From the NCBI GenBank assembly GCA_963696385.1, contig CAVOKF010000007.1, positions 1,120,001 to 1,184,000 of the forward strand: a stretch of 64,000 nucleotides of DNA. Reading direction: 5' to 3'. Position numbers and translations under genes: made by a program. The notes below the pieces were generated by a model. The model was not told the origin of the DNA. It did not search any database and saw only the letters and a list, made by a program, of their open reading frames with translations. Shown in pieces: positions 20,389 through 29,767 of this stretch. Source of the DNA: an uncultured delta proteobacterium (GTDB taxonomy: Bacteria; Myxococcota_A; Polyangia; Polyangiales; Polyangiaceae). The stretch's first letter is position 1; each line of letters opens with the position of its first letter.

Positions 20389-20668
20389 TCGCAAGCGGGA
20401 GCATGCGGCCGCGAGACCCGCGGCGCTACTTTTCCAAGCTTACTCCGGCTCGGGACCCGGCGAATGAGTCGCGCCCGAGGTTCGAGGCGCTGCAGCCGCA
20501 TTCTTGGGGGTCGCACATCGCCCCCATGAACGCCAGGCCAGCTCGGCCGTGACGGCCCATGGGGCGCGAAACCGGGACGGACTGTGACGCCGAAGCGCGC
20601 GTCGATCAGGGCGCCCGCGTGCGCATCTCGCCACGCAAAGACGAACGGCGCAACGCAACGCGAACGGC

Positions 20669-21559
20669 CTAATTGAGAACGTTCCTCTTGACGGACAGCT
20701 CTTGCAGCCGCTGGCGGATTGAGCTTGCATCCGGCGCCTGGGGGACCAATTCGAGCAGGCGCGAAAGATCCGCTCGCGCCGATTCGACGGCACCGAGACG
20801 GGCGGCGAGAAGCCCGCGCTCGCGAAGAGCCGGCACCGAGTCGGGCGTGAGCGAGATGATGCGATCGAGCGCGAGGAGAGCGCGCGCGAAGTCGCCGCGG
20901 GTCGCATAGATCCATTTGAGGTTGATGAGCATGCGCACGAGCATGGTTCGATGCGACGCTGGGGCGAGGTGCTCGCTCGGCACGAGCCGCTGGTTTGGAG
21001 ACGCACGATCGAGCAGCTTCTGCAGTGCGGGGCCGTCGAGGCGGCGACCCCCGAAGAACGGGTCGACGACAATCGGCCCATCGCCTGCGCTCGAGTCGAC
21101 TCGAACGAGGAAATGACCGGGGAAGCTGACCCCGCGGGCGCTCACGCCGGCACGCCGGGCGAGCTCGCAATAGACGAGCGCGAGCGTAATCGGGATGCCG
21201 AGCTTACGATCGAGCACATCGGGAAGAAGACTGTTCCTCGGATCGTAATAGTCTTGCTCGTTGCCCCGAAACCCGAGCTGATCATGGACGCACCGTGAGA
21301 CCGCTTCCGCCTGGTGCTCGAGCGGAAGAGCCGCCAAGCACCGGGTGACCAGCGGCGCAGCCATGTCATCGAACGCACTGAGGACCCGATCCACGTCGAG
21401 GGTTCCATACGCGTCGCGCGCGATGAGCGCCGCCCCTGCGGCGACGTCGATGAACTCGTCCGGCAGTCGCGCCAATTGCTCGAACGTCGTGGGACGGGGC
21501 GGCACCCGCGGCTCGACAGGAGAATGGCCAAGCGGCACGAGCATCGTGATCGAAGTCAT
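20669..21559 (-). CDS. SirB1-family transglutaminase-like protein with C-terminal TPR
   Basis: GFRGN..DYYDPRNS.L..VLDRKLGIPITL, GVSFPGHFLVR, DPF, RMLINLK, RERGL; start approximate. Confidence 0.88.
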   Translation of the reverse strand: MTSITMLVPLGHSPVEPRVPPRPTTFEQLARLPDEFIDVAAGAALIARDAYGTLDVDRVLSAFDDMAAPLVTRCLAALPLEHQAEAVSRCVHDQLGFRGNEQDYYDPRNSLLPDVLDRKLGIPITLALVYCELARRAGVSARGVSFPGHFLVRVDSSAGDGPIVVDPFFGGRRLDGPALQKLLDRASPNQRLVPSEHLAPASHRTMLVRMLINLKWIYATRGDFARALLALDRIISLTPDSVPALRERGLLAARLGAVESARADLSRLLELVPQAPDASSIRQRLQELSVKRNVLN

Positions 21560-21637
21560 TGAAATGTGCCCTTTCGCGAACCCCTGCATGCGAGCTCTTG
21601 ACGCCCGCTTGTGCCTGACGAACTCATTGTCGCGCCC

Positions 21638-22873
21638 ATGCCCACCCGAACGCGCAAGCAGAATACTCCGAATGGCGCCAGCCTGCGCAGACACTTCGAA
21701 GAATCGCGCGACGTTCGTCCCATGGCCATCTCGGGCAAGGAGCGACCGCACGAAATTCTGATGCAACGGTTTCCGGCGTATGTCGGGCGCCAAGAACGTA
21801 CTGCGTACGAGCTGATGCGGCGGAGCGTGGAGCAGGACTGCGCGATCTTTCTCACCTTCAGCGGCGCGATGACACCGGCCGGCCTCCACCAGTCCTGCCT
21901 CATCCCCCTCATCGAGCGCGGACTCATCGACTGCATCACGACGACGGGGGCGAATTTGTATCACGACGCACACCGCGTCATTGGCCACCGGATCCGCGAA
22001 ATCGACCCGACCGCGGGCGATCTCCAGTACCGCCTCGCGCGCATCATCCGCATCTACGATCTCGGCTTTTGGGAGGAAACGCTGCTCGAGACCGACAGGC
22101 TCTTCTCGGCGATCCTGCGCGGCCCGGAGTTCCAGCGAAAAATGACGACGCCCGAGCTTCACTTCATGCTCGGCAAACGGATCTCGGACATCGAAAGCGC
22201 CCTCGAGGTCAAGGAGCCGTCGCTGCTGTCGACCGCCTACCGGAGGGGTGTTCCCATCTTCGTCGGGGCCGTTCAAGACGGGTCGATATTCCTCAATATC
22301 GTCAAGCTCAAGCGCCTGCTCGGTGACGTGTTCAAGCTGGAGATCGATGTCAACGACGACGTCTTCGAAATGGGCGCGATGCAACACCATTGCTTTGCGA
22401 CCCTGCGCAAGTCGATGGCCGTGTGGATCCTGGGCGGCGGCGTTCCCAAGAACTACACGCTGCAAGGAGAGCCGCTCCTCGATCAGATTCTCGGGGTACC
22501 CACACACGGTTTCGACATCGACGTGCAATTCTGCGTCGACCCAGTCGACAATGGCGCGCTCAGCTCGTGTCCGGCGGGGGAAGGCCACACGTGGGGGAAA
22601 GTGTCGGCCGAGAGTGTCGCGACGGGCAGCGTCTACGTCCACGCCGACGTGACGGCAGTCTTTCCCTGGCTGACCTATGCCCTTCTGAGCGATGCGGCGA
22701 TGAAGCGGAGCGCGCTACGCCTCTACGATTCGCGCGAGCGTGCCGTCGCGCAATTGCAACGCGAGGTCGATAAACGGAAGAGCCAGCTAGCGAAAACGAT
22801 TTCCTACGATGGGGTAGGCAAGACGGCGAACGTCACTCCTGACCGAGCGCCACGAGGAACTCGCAAAGCGTGA
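21638..22873 (+). CDS. deoxyhypusine synthase-like protein (probable homospermidine synthase)
   Basis: SGAMTPAGL, TTGANLYHD, DGSI, ILGGGVPKN, GALSS, EGHTWGK with the catalytic-position Lys, ADVT..FP. Confidence 0.88.
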   Translation: MPTRTRKQNTPNGASLRRHFEESRDVRPMAISGKERPHEILMQRFPAYVGRQERTAYELMRRSVEQDCAIFLTFSGAMTPAGLHQSCLIPLIERGLIDCITTTGANLYHDAHRVIGHRIREIDPTAGDLQYRLARIIRIYDLGFWEETLLETDRLFSAILRGPEFQRKMTTPELHFMLGKRISDIESALEVKEPSLLSTAYRRGVPIFVGAVQDGSIFLNIVKLKRLLGDVFKLEIDVNDDVFEMGAMQHHCFATLRKSMAVWILGGGVPKNYTLQGEPLLDQILGVPTHGFDIDVQFCVDPVDNGALSSCPAGEGHTWGKVSAESVATGSVYVHADVTAVFPWLTYALLSDAAMKRSALRLYDSRERAVAQLQREVDKRKSQLAKTISYDGVGKTANVTPDRAPRGTRKA

Positions 22874-23234
22874 GGAGGGCCTCCCTCGAGCGGTGCTCGA
22901 ACGCGAGACCGGCTCGCGGAGACGGGTGGGACCAAAGCGCATCCTTTTCGCTGGATCCGTCTGGGGCGGACGCCGCGCTCGATCCCGTCCAGGCGACTCG
23001 GGCACGAAGACGCAACGGGTCCCACAGAGTGGGTGTCGTGAACGACAGCATGACCCCGTCGTTGCAACGGAGCTGCTCGTCGACGGCGACGCAGGCGCCG
23101 CCGAGACCGATGTTCTCGACGAGCGCGTAGCGCTGCCAGCCAGCCTCGAAGTGCTCCAAGAGCCCGTGCAAGCGAACCTGCGCCCGGCCGTGGGCGCGAA
23201 AGCAACCCGGCCCGCGCGCGCGATGGATCAGCAT
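22833..23234 (-). CDS. PilZ-like domain protein
   Basis: RAHGR and NIGLGG resemble the RxxxR and D/NxSxxG motifs; ARVAW and GLAF strands; start uncertain. Confidence 0.65.
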   Translation of the reverse strand: MLIHRARGPGCFRAHGRAQVRLHGLLEHFEAGWQRYALVENIGLGGACVAVDEQLRCNDGVMLSFTTPTLWDPLRLRARVAWTGSSAASAPDGSSEKDALWSHPSPRAGLAFEHRSREALLTLCEFLVALGQE

Positions 23235-23430
23235 CAGCGCCCCCACGGTCGTCGCACTACGGTGGTCACGATGGGAATCGGTCCGAGATTTGTAGCGTGG
23301 GTGCTCCCCGATGACATGGCATTTTGCAGCCATAGCGGGTTACGATGGGTCCGTGTTTGTCGTGAGCTGATCGACGTCAACCGATCGACCGCGAGCATCG
23401 GTGACGAGAAAGTTGGGGAAACGGCGTTCG

Positions 23431-25107
23431 ATGACCCAGGACACCCGCAAAGATCGCCGCGTGAAGATCGTCAGCTTGAACGTCCGTTACAAGAGCGCAA
23501 CGGTCGACGAGTTCATCGAGAATCACGCGCTCGATGTCAGCCGGGGCGGCATCTACGTCAAGACGGGCAGTCCATTTCCCCCGGGAACATTGCTCAAGTT
23601 CGAGATTCGGCTAGCCAGCGACCAAGCGGTGATCACGGGGGTCGGCCGGGTCGTTTGGAAGCGCGATGGCAACCAAGGGACCGGCGATCGACCCGCAGGC
23701 ATGGGGGTCAAATTCATCAAAATCGATGAGCCGTCCAGGGCCCTCGTCGACAAGCTGCTCAACTCACGCGCGGATGCAGGCCAAGCCTTCGAATCCGAAC
23801 CCGAGGCGCCACCGCCGGCAGCCGGACCAAAGCCCATCCAGACACCCGCAGGGATGCACGCTGCGACTCGTGTCGGATCGCCACAGGTACCCTCGGTCGG
23901 CAAAGGAACGATGGTCGGGCTTGGCATTCCGGGCTCAGTCCCCTCGAGCGAACACCCGGCGCGGACACCGGTGCCGCGCTCGCCATCGGCACCACCCCGG
24001 CCGAATCCCAGCGCAGGCATGTTCCCGGCCAAGAGCCGATTTACCTCCTCCGTCCCACCGAAGGCGGAGCAGACCGTCATGAAGCAGGCGGCGGAACTTC
24101 TCGAGGAAGCGCTTCGTGAGGCGGGCGGTTCGATGGCGGACGTCGGCACCAACCCCCTTTTCTCCGGACCGGGGGATTCCCGTGCGCCAAGCGGTCCGCC
24201 GGCCGTAGAACCGGCCGTGCCGCCCGCCGAGCCGAGCACGGTCGGAGCACAGGCCGCCTCCGTCGCAGAGGCGGCACCCACTGCTCTGCGCGACGACGCG
24301 GCCGGTGCGCGAGCCATGGTGGCGGCGATGTCTCCAGCCCCCGTTCAAGCCCACGCCGGACAATCCGGAGCGACCCTCATCATACGCGATCCGTTGCCGA
24401 ACGTTCGAGCCGACAGCCAGGCCAGCCGTTCCTCCGGCCGCCCGACTTCGGCGTCCTCCCGTCCCCGCGCGATCGCGAGCCCGCAGGAGGACGACATCAA
24501 GCCTGCCTGGACGGGCCGCGCCGGCAAGTGGTTGTGGCTGGTTGCGGCCGCCACCGCGGCGCTCGCCGCAATCCTGTTTCGCGACACGCTGTTCGGCGGC
24601 CAGGCGTCGGACAATCCTGCCTCTTCTTCGTCGCCGTCAGCCTCCGTAGCGGCGCCCGTCGTGACCCCGCCGCCGCCGGCACAGACGGCTGTCGCCATCG
24701 CCCCTTCGGCATCCTCAATCGGCGTGACACCTGTTCCCGATAGGGGCGACGCTTCCGCCTCCTCCGAAGCCGAAGCGTCGGGGTCCGCCCCTTCGCCGGC
24801 GCCCGCGGCCCAACGGGCTGTGGCTGCAGGTCAAGTCCGACCGGCGATCCCCTCCTATGCGGCACCGCGCTCGTCTCCACCGGTCGCCGCGCCCGCCGTG
24901 CGTCCCATCGCCACGACGCTGGCGACGACCGGGACTACGAACAACGCACCTGCGGCCCCGTCCGTGTGGGTCCATGGGGCCGCGAGCCCGTCGGCGACGA
25001 CAGGGACGGCCCCGACCTCTACCTCGACCGGCTCTGCGAGCGGATCGCCCACGCCCAAGGCCACGTCGTCGTCGCCGTCATCCGATGAAAATCCGTATAC
25101 GTTCTGA
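23431..25107 (+). CDS. TIGR02266-type myxobacterial PilZ protein with Pro-rich linker, TM helix and S/T/P-rich tail
   Basis: RKDRR, FIENHALDVSRGGIYVKT, GRVVW, GMGVKF; TM WLWLVAAATAALAAILF; ends DENPYTF. Confidence 0.85.
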   Translation: MTQDTRKDRRVKIVSLNVRYKSATVDEFIENHALDVSRGGIYVKTGSPFPPGTLLKFEIRLASDQAVITGVGRVVWKRDGNQGTGDRPAGMGVKFIKIDEPSRALVDKLLNSRADAGQAFESEPEAPPPAAGPKPIQTPAGMHAATRVGSPQVPSVGKGTMVGLGIPGSVPSSEHPARTPVPRSPSAPPRPNPSAGMFPAKSRFTSSVPPKAEQTVMKQAAELLEEALREAGGSMADVGTNPLFSGPGDSRAPSGPPAVEPAVPPAEPSTVGAQAASVAEAAPTALRDDAAGARAMVAAMSPAPVQAHAGQSGATLIIRDPLPNVRADSQASRSSGRPTSASSRPRAIASPQEDDIKPAWTGRAGKWLWLVAAATAALAAILFRDTLFGGQASDNPASSSSPSASVAAPVVTPPPPAQTAVAIAPSASSIGVTPVPDRGDASASSEAEASGSAPSPAPAAQRAVAAGQVRPAIPSYAAPRSSPPVAAPAVRPIATTLATTGTTNNAPAAPSVWVHGAASPSATTGTAPTSTSTGSASGSPTPKATSSSPSSDENPYTF

Positions 25108-25144
25108 GCGAGGGTGCGGATTCTGTCCGTGAGCGAGCAGGGCC

Positions 25145-25783
25145 TCAGCGCTTGCGCAGAAACGGGTTGTGCGCGCGCTCTTCGCCGATCGTCGTGGAGC
25201 TGCCGTGCCCTGTCACGACCAGGGAGTCGTCGGGAAGCGTGAGCAGTCGAAGCCGGATCGAACGAACGAGCGTCTCCTGGTCGATTCCGCCGAGGTCCGT
25301 GCGGCCTATGCTCCCCCGAAATAACGTGTCGCCAGAGAACACCACGGTTCGCGCCGCGTCCGCGACGACGAACGAACAGCTGCCCGGGGTGTGTCCAGGA
25401 GTATGCAGCACCGTCATCTCCAGCACGCCGGCGCGAAGCGTCAAGCCGTCGACCAGCGCGCCGTCCATGTCCGCCAGGACGGGCAGGTCGAGCCCGAGCA
25501 ACTCCGACTGCATGGGCAGCATTTGGTAGAGGCGCCGATCGCCTTCATGGATGCTGGCCGCTGCCCCCGTCGCACGCTGAAGTTCCGCCGTGCAACCGAC
25601 ATGGTCGATGTGCGTGTGCGTGTGGAGAATCGCCCCGACCGTGACGCCCAGCGCCTCGAGTCGCGCGCGGAGCGCCTTGAAGTCCCCGCCAGGGTCAATC
25701 ACGATGGCGCGCTTGGCTTCGAGGTCCGCCACGATGGAGCAGTTGCACTGGAGCGGGCCCACAGCCAGCGTTTCGACGTGCAC
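25145..25783 (-). CDS. MBL-fold metallo-hydrolase (glyoxalase II-like)
   Basis: GPLQCN, IDPG, HTHTHIDH, HTPGHTPG, SGDTLF..SIGRTDL, GHG..TT. Confidence 0.92.
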   Translation of the reverse strand: MHVETLAVGPLQCNCSIVADLEAKRAIVIDPGGDFKALRARLEALGVTVGAILHTHTHIDHVGCTAELQRATGAAASIHEGDRRLYQMLPMQSELLGLDLPVLADMDGALVDGLTLRAGVLEMTVLHTPGHTPGSCSFVVADAARTVVFSGDTLFRGSIGRTDLGGIDQETLVRSIRLRLLTLPDDSLVVTGHGSSTTIGEERAHNPFLRKR

Positions 25784-25967
25784 GACTCCGTGGTTAGCAC
25801 GCCCCTACCACGGCAAGGGCGCTGCACGACGCCGTCCGCACCGCGTGGCCCTCGTTTCATCCGGGGCCGCCCTGAGCGGTGGATTCGTCCTCGGATGAGC
25901 CGCCGGCGCGGCCCGTCGATCGGGCTACGCGTTGCGCCACGAAGCGGTTGGACCGTACGCTGGCCCG

Positions 25968-26576
25968 ATGTCCACGGTGCGCGTTCCAGGATTTTTTTTC
26001 GTTGTCCTCGCCGTCGTCACGCAGCTCGCCCTCCTCACGGCATGCGGTCGATACAACGAACTCGTCGATAAGGACCAGGCGTGCCAGCAGAAGTGGGCCG
26101 ACGTCGAGGCCCAGATTCAGCGGCGCTACGACCTCGTTCCCAACCTCGTCGCTACCGTCAAAGGCTCAGCCGCGCACGAGGAGAAGACTCTCTCGGAGGT
26201 CACCCATGCACGTGCCGAGGCGACGAGCCTTCATCTCTCGGCCGACGATCTCGAGGACCCGGCGAAAATGGCTGCGTTCGCCAAGGCACAGGACAATCTC
26301 AAAGGGTCTCTGTCGCGTCTGCTCCTCACCCAAGAAGCCTATCCCGACCTGAAAGCCAATGCGCAGTTTCACGATCTGGCGATCGAGCTGGAGGGAACGG
26401 AGAATCGGATTGCGCGGGCGCGCGAGGAGTACGACAAGGCCGTCGCCGACTACAACTCGACGCTCGCACACGTGGGCGGGCAAGTCCTCAACAAGATTAC
26501 GGGCAAGCCCTTCAAGGCTCGCGCGTATTTCACGGCCCTTCCGGAGGCGCGCGACGCCCCGCACGTGAGCTTTTGA
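25968..26576 (+). CDS. lemA: LemA family protein
   Basis: WADVEAQIQRRYDLVPNLV.TVKG..AHE, EAYPDLKAN, LEGTENRI. Confidence 0.93.
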   Translation: MSTVRVPGFFFVVLAVVTQLALLTACGRYNELVDKDQACQQKWADVEAQIQRRYDLVPNLVATVKGSAAHEEKTLSEVTHARAEATSLHLSADDLEDPAKMAAFAKAQDNLKGSLSRLLLTQEAYPDLKANAQFHDLAIELEGTENRIARAREEYDKAVADYNSTLAHVGGQVLNKITGKPFKARAYFTALPEARDAPHVSF

Positions 26577-27331
26577 TGGTTGGCCGCCACGTCGTCGCAT
26601 TCCTCACGTTTCTGGCGACGGCGTTCGTCGTCGTGCACGCCCAGGGGTACATCCCGCCTCCGATCGCCGGACACGTGACCGACATGGCCGGCAAGCTCTC
26701 CCCCTCCGAGCGCGACAATCTCGACGCGCGATTGGAGGCCATCGACCGCGCAAGCGGCGCCGAAATCGCCGTGCTCATCGTGCCTGCCCTCGGCGGCGAA
26801 CCGATCGAGGACGTCGCCTACGACACGTTCAATACGTGGAAGCTCGGGAAAAAGGGGGCCGACAACGGCGTGCTCTTGGTCATTGCCGTCGCCGATCGCC
26901 GCGTCCGTATCGAGACCGGCAAAGGTGTCGAGGGACAGCTCACCGACTTGCAAACGCAAGACATCATCCAACGGCAGATCGGTCCCGCACTCAAACAGGA
27001 CCGCTTTTACGACGGAATCCGCGCGGGGACGGATGCCATGGCCGCCGCCATCACCGGACATTCGCCGAGCGCAGGGAATGGCGTGGCCCACTGGCGTTGG
27101 CAAGACGCGGCTCCCATCGGGCTGATGGCGCTCTTTGCCTTGGTGTGGATTGCGCTGGTTCTGCGCAGAATGGGCGGACGAGGCCCCGGAGGCGGCGGGG
27201 GGTGGCGAGGTGGCGGGGGATGGGGAGGCGGATGGGGGGGTGGCTTCGGCGGCGGTGGCTCTTCCGGCGGGGGTGGCTTCTCCGGCGGGGGCGGATCGTC
27301 GGGTGGCGGCGGATCGTCCGGTAGCTATTGA
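26576..27331 (+). CDS. TPM-domain (YgcG-like) protein with Gly-rich tail
   Basis: TGATG overlap with lemA; WKLGKKGADNGVLLVIA..DRRVRIETG; GGGFSGGGGSSGGGGSSGSY end. Confidence 0.9.
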   Translation: MVGRHVVAFLTFLATAFVVVHAQGYIPPPIAGHVTDMAGKLSPSERDNLDARLEAIDRASGAEIAVLIVPALGGEPIEDVAYDTFNTWKLGKKGADNGVLLVIAVADRRVRIETGKGVEGQLTDLQTQDIIQRQIGPALKQDRFYDGIRAGTDAMAAAITGHSPSAGNGVAHWRWQDAAPIGLMALFALVWIALVLRRMGGRGPGGGGGWRGGGGWGGGWGGGFGGGGSSGGGGFSGGGGSSGGGGSSGSY

Positions 27332-27412
27332 GGTCGTTCGCCCAAGAGCGATCGACCGACAGGGGGGCCGGGTCGGGCCGTCACGCCGCATCTGCACGGG
27401 GGCGGACCGACG

Positions 27413-27829
27413 TCACGGCTGTTTGGTGCAGCTGTACTGCAGCGTCTCCAAAGCCCCGGCCACGCCGACGGTGAGGTTGCCCGTTAGGGTGGACCCGCTC
27501 ACGGTGGCTGTGCCGCCCGACACCGTCACCGTCGATCCGCCGGTCGTGCAGGATTGACCGCTCTCGACCGTCGCGGTCCCGTCGCTCACCGTGTACTTCG
27601 CCGTGCAAAGCGGCACCGCTGTCCCCGTCGGGGTGACCGTAATCGAGCCATCCGAATTCTCGACAACGGCTACGGTAAAGGCCGTTTCGATCACGGCAAG
27701 AGTGCAGGACCAGGTGCCGACGAACGTGCCGGCGACCGCCTTGTTACCGCTTCCGGCCGTGCTGCTGCCGCAGGCAACGGTCCCGAGGGCGACGGCGAGG
27801 CAAGCCCACCACAAGGGCAAAAAGCGCAT
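27413..27829 (-). CDS. small hypothetical lipoprotein (Thr-rich, beta-rich, 4 Cys in mature domain)
   Basis: AAGGAGGT SD; lipobox-like TVAC-GSS; FVGTWSC. Confidence 0.7.
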   Translation of the reverse strand: MRFLPLWWACLAVALGTVACGSSTAGSGNKAVAGTFVGTWSCTLAVIETAFTVAVVENSDGSITVTPTGTAVPLCTAKYTVSDGTATVESGQSCTTGGSTVTVSGGTATVSGSTLTGNLTVGVAGALETLQYSCTKQP

Positions 27830-27913
27830 GCACCACACCTCCTTCGGGCCACGATACGCTCATTTCGTGGATGCGACGTCAGGAGCGGGTGCCGTCCAAA
27901 CCGCGAACCTCTA

Positions 27914-27947
27914 CACGGACCCGCAGCGCACGGACCCGCAGCGCACG
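27914..27947. repeat. 15-bp tandem repeat CACGGACCCGCAGCG x2.3
   Basis: Units at 27914-27928 and 27929-27943, then a degenerate partial unit; lies between divergent genes. Confidence 0.8.
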
Positions 27948-28040
27948 ACGCAGCCAACGTCGCTCCGTCGAGCGCGCGACGCGGCACCGCAACGGCTTTC
28001 GAACCCCGCGACACGGTTGCCGTTGCGTGTCCCCTTGCGG

Positions 28041-29123
28041 ATGGGCGCGTCGCTCGCAGCCGTCTCGGCACTCGGCGCTCTCCTGACCCTCTCTTCTCGC
28101 GCGCGAGGAGACAGCGACTCCCAGGTGCGCCTCGTCTGGGTGCTCGGCGAAAGGACGGAGGGCTGCGCCGACGGGCCGACAATCGCGCGGCGCGTCGTCG
28201 AGCGCTTGGGAAGCGACGTGTTTTCGGACAAGGCCCGCCGCAGCATCGAAGGGGTCATCCAACACGAGGGTGAGCGCTGGGATGTGCACTTGTACGTTCG
28301 TGCCGCCGACGGCAGCCTCGCCGGCTCCCGCTATCTCACCAGTACCTCGGCCGACTGCTCCGCCCTCGACGCAGCAGTCACGCTCGCCGTAGCCCTGGTG
28401 ATCGATCCGGATGCGGCATCACGGCCGGCGTCCCAACGCGAACGGACGCGTCCCGCGCCTCTGACCCCGTCGCCGGCGCCGGGCGCGGCCGCAGCGGCGC
28501 CCGCTACTGCGCCCGCAGGCTTGCCGGCGATCCCGACACCCACGGTCTCGGTCGCCCGGCCCACTTTGCCTCCCACGGCCGCTCCCACGGCGCCCAAGGC
28601 ACCCGCGCTTTCTTTCGGCTCCTCGCTCTCGGTCACCGCACGGGCGCTGGTCGCGGCGGGCGTGCTACCCGCTGCCGCTGCCGGCGCCGCATTCTCGGCG
28701 GAGGGGCCCACCGGACGCCCCGTAGAAGGCAGCGCCGGTGTCGTCTATTGGCCCGAGGTCCGCACATCGTCGCGCGACTTCGCCTTCGGCCTGACGGCAG
28801 GCTGGTTAGGCGCCTGCGCACGGCCCCGGCAAGCCTCTCGGGCCAGCGTCTCGCTTTGCGCAAAGGCCTACGTGGGCGCCATTCATTCGGTCGTCTATGC
28901 GCTCGAGCCCACTGAACCAGGGGACCGGATCTGGACCGGTGCAGCGGTCTCGTTGGCGGCCCGACTGCGACTCGTCGGCCCGGTGGTCGCCGAATTGGGA
29001 GGAGAGATGCTCGTTCCCATCACCCGACAGCGCTTCAAGGTGCAGGGCGAGTCCGCGCTTGTCTTCCAGGAGTGGGCGGTCACGGGCTTCGGGTTCGTGG
29101 GGGTCGGCGTGTCGATTCCGTGA
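28041..29123 (+). CDS. secreted/outer-membrane protein: N-terminal 2-Cys domain, Pro/Ala linker, C-terminal beta-strand (barrel-like) domain
   Basis: Signal peptide, GC..C..L..AVTLAVALVIDP, PAPT-rich linker, amphipathic strands ending GFVGVGVSIP; start uncertain. Confidence 0.7.
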   Translation: MGASLAAVSALGALLTLSSRARGDSDSQVRLVWVLGERTEGCADGPTIARRVVERLGSDVFSDKARRSIEGVIQHEGERWDVHLYVRAADGSLAGSRYLTSTSADCSALDAAVTLAVALVIDPDAASRPASQRERTRPAPLTPSPAPGAAAAAPATAPAGLPAIPTPTVSVARPTLPPTAAPTAPKAPALSFGSSLSVTARALVAAGVLPAAAAGAAFSAEGPTGRPVEGSAGVVYWPEVRTSSRDFAFGLTAGWLGACARPRQASRASVSLCAKAYVGAIHSVVYALEPTEPGDRIWTGAAVSLAARLRLVGPVVAELGGEMLVPITRQRFKVQGESALVFQEWAVTGFGFVGVGVSIP

Positions 29124-29151
29124 AGGGAAGCGACGGCAGCCGACATTCACA
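29122..29151 (+). promoter_or_regulatory. putative ECF sigma promoter, copy A (GAAGGGA-N15-CATTCACA)
   Basis: Same boxes and spacing as at 30599-30628; ends 28 nt before the sigma start. Confidence 0.6.
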
Positions 29152-29179
29152 CTGCGGGTCCTTGTATTCCTTGGAACGG

Positions 29180-29767
29180 ATGCCCCTTCGACTCGAAGCG
29201 ATGCCGCCCCGTCCGGTGGCCGATCGTCTCGACGTCGCGTCCATCCATGACGATCACGCGGAATTCGTTTGGGTGAGCTTGCAACGGCTCGGAGTGCCGA
29301 CCCGCGACGCCGAGGACCTGCTGCAAGAAGTCTTCATTGTCGTCCATCAGCGGCTCCATTCGTTCGACCACTCCTCGCGGATCACCACTTGGCTGTTCGG
29401 AATCTGCCTCCGGGTCGTCTCCGCCTACCGACGGCGCGCGCACCGCCGTCGGGAGCAGAGCGTCGCCCAGGTGCCGGAGGAAAGAACGTTGGACGAAGCG
29501 AGTCCCGAGCAGGCGGCGGTCAACCGGCAAGCCCAGGAGCGTCTGCGGGCGGCCCTCGACTTGATGGATCTCGACAAGCGCGCCATTTTCGTGATGTTCG
29601 AGATTGACGGCTTGTCCTGCGACGATATCGCCGAAATGCTGTCGGTTCCGATTGGGACCGTCTACTCGCGTCTCCACTCTGCGCGCAATGACTTCGATCG
29701 CGCACTGCTGCGGATGCGAGCCATCGAGGCGTCACGCCTCGGGGTTCGACGCGGAGCCCGGCCATGA
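29180..29767 (+). CDS. ECF-type RNA polymerase sigma-70 factor
   Basis: Region 2 DAEDLLQEVF..TWLFGI; region 4 LSCDDIAEMLSVPIGTVYSRLHSAR; start 29180 or 29201. Confidence 0.92.
   Translation: MPLRLEAMPPRPVADRLDVASIHDDHAEFVWVSLQRLGVPTRDAEDLLQEVFIVVHQRLHSFDHSSRITTWLFGICLRVVSAYRRRAHRRREQSVAQVPEERTLDEASPEQAAVNRQAQERLRAALDLMDLDKRAIFVMFEIDGLSCDDIAEMLSVPIGTVYSRLHSARNDFDRALLRMRAIEASRLGVRRGARP

Noticed and set aside
27180..27325. G-rich low-complexity tract as a separate repeat element
   Set aside because: It encodes the ordinary Gly-rich tail of TPM-domain proteins
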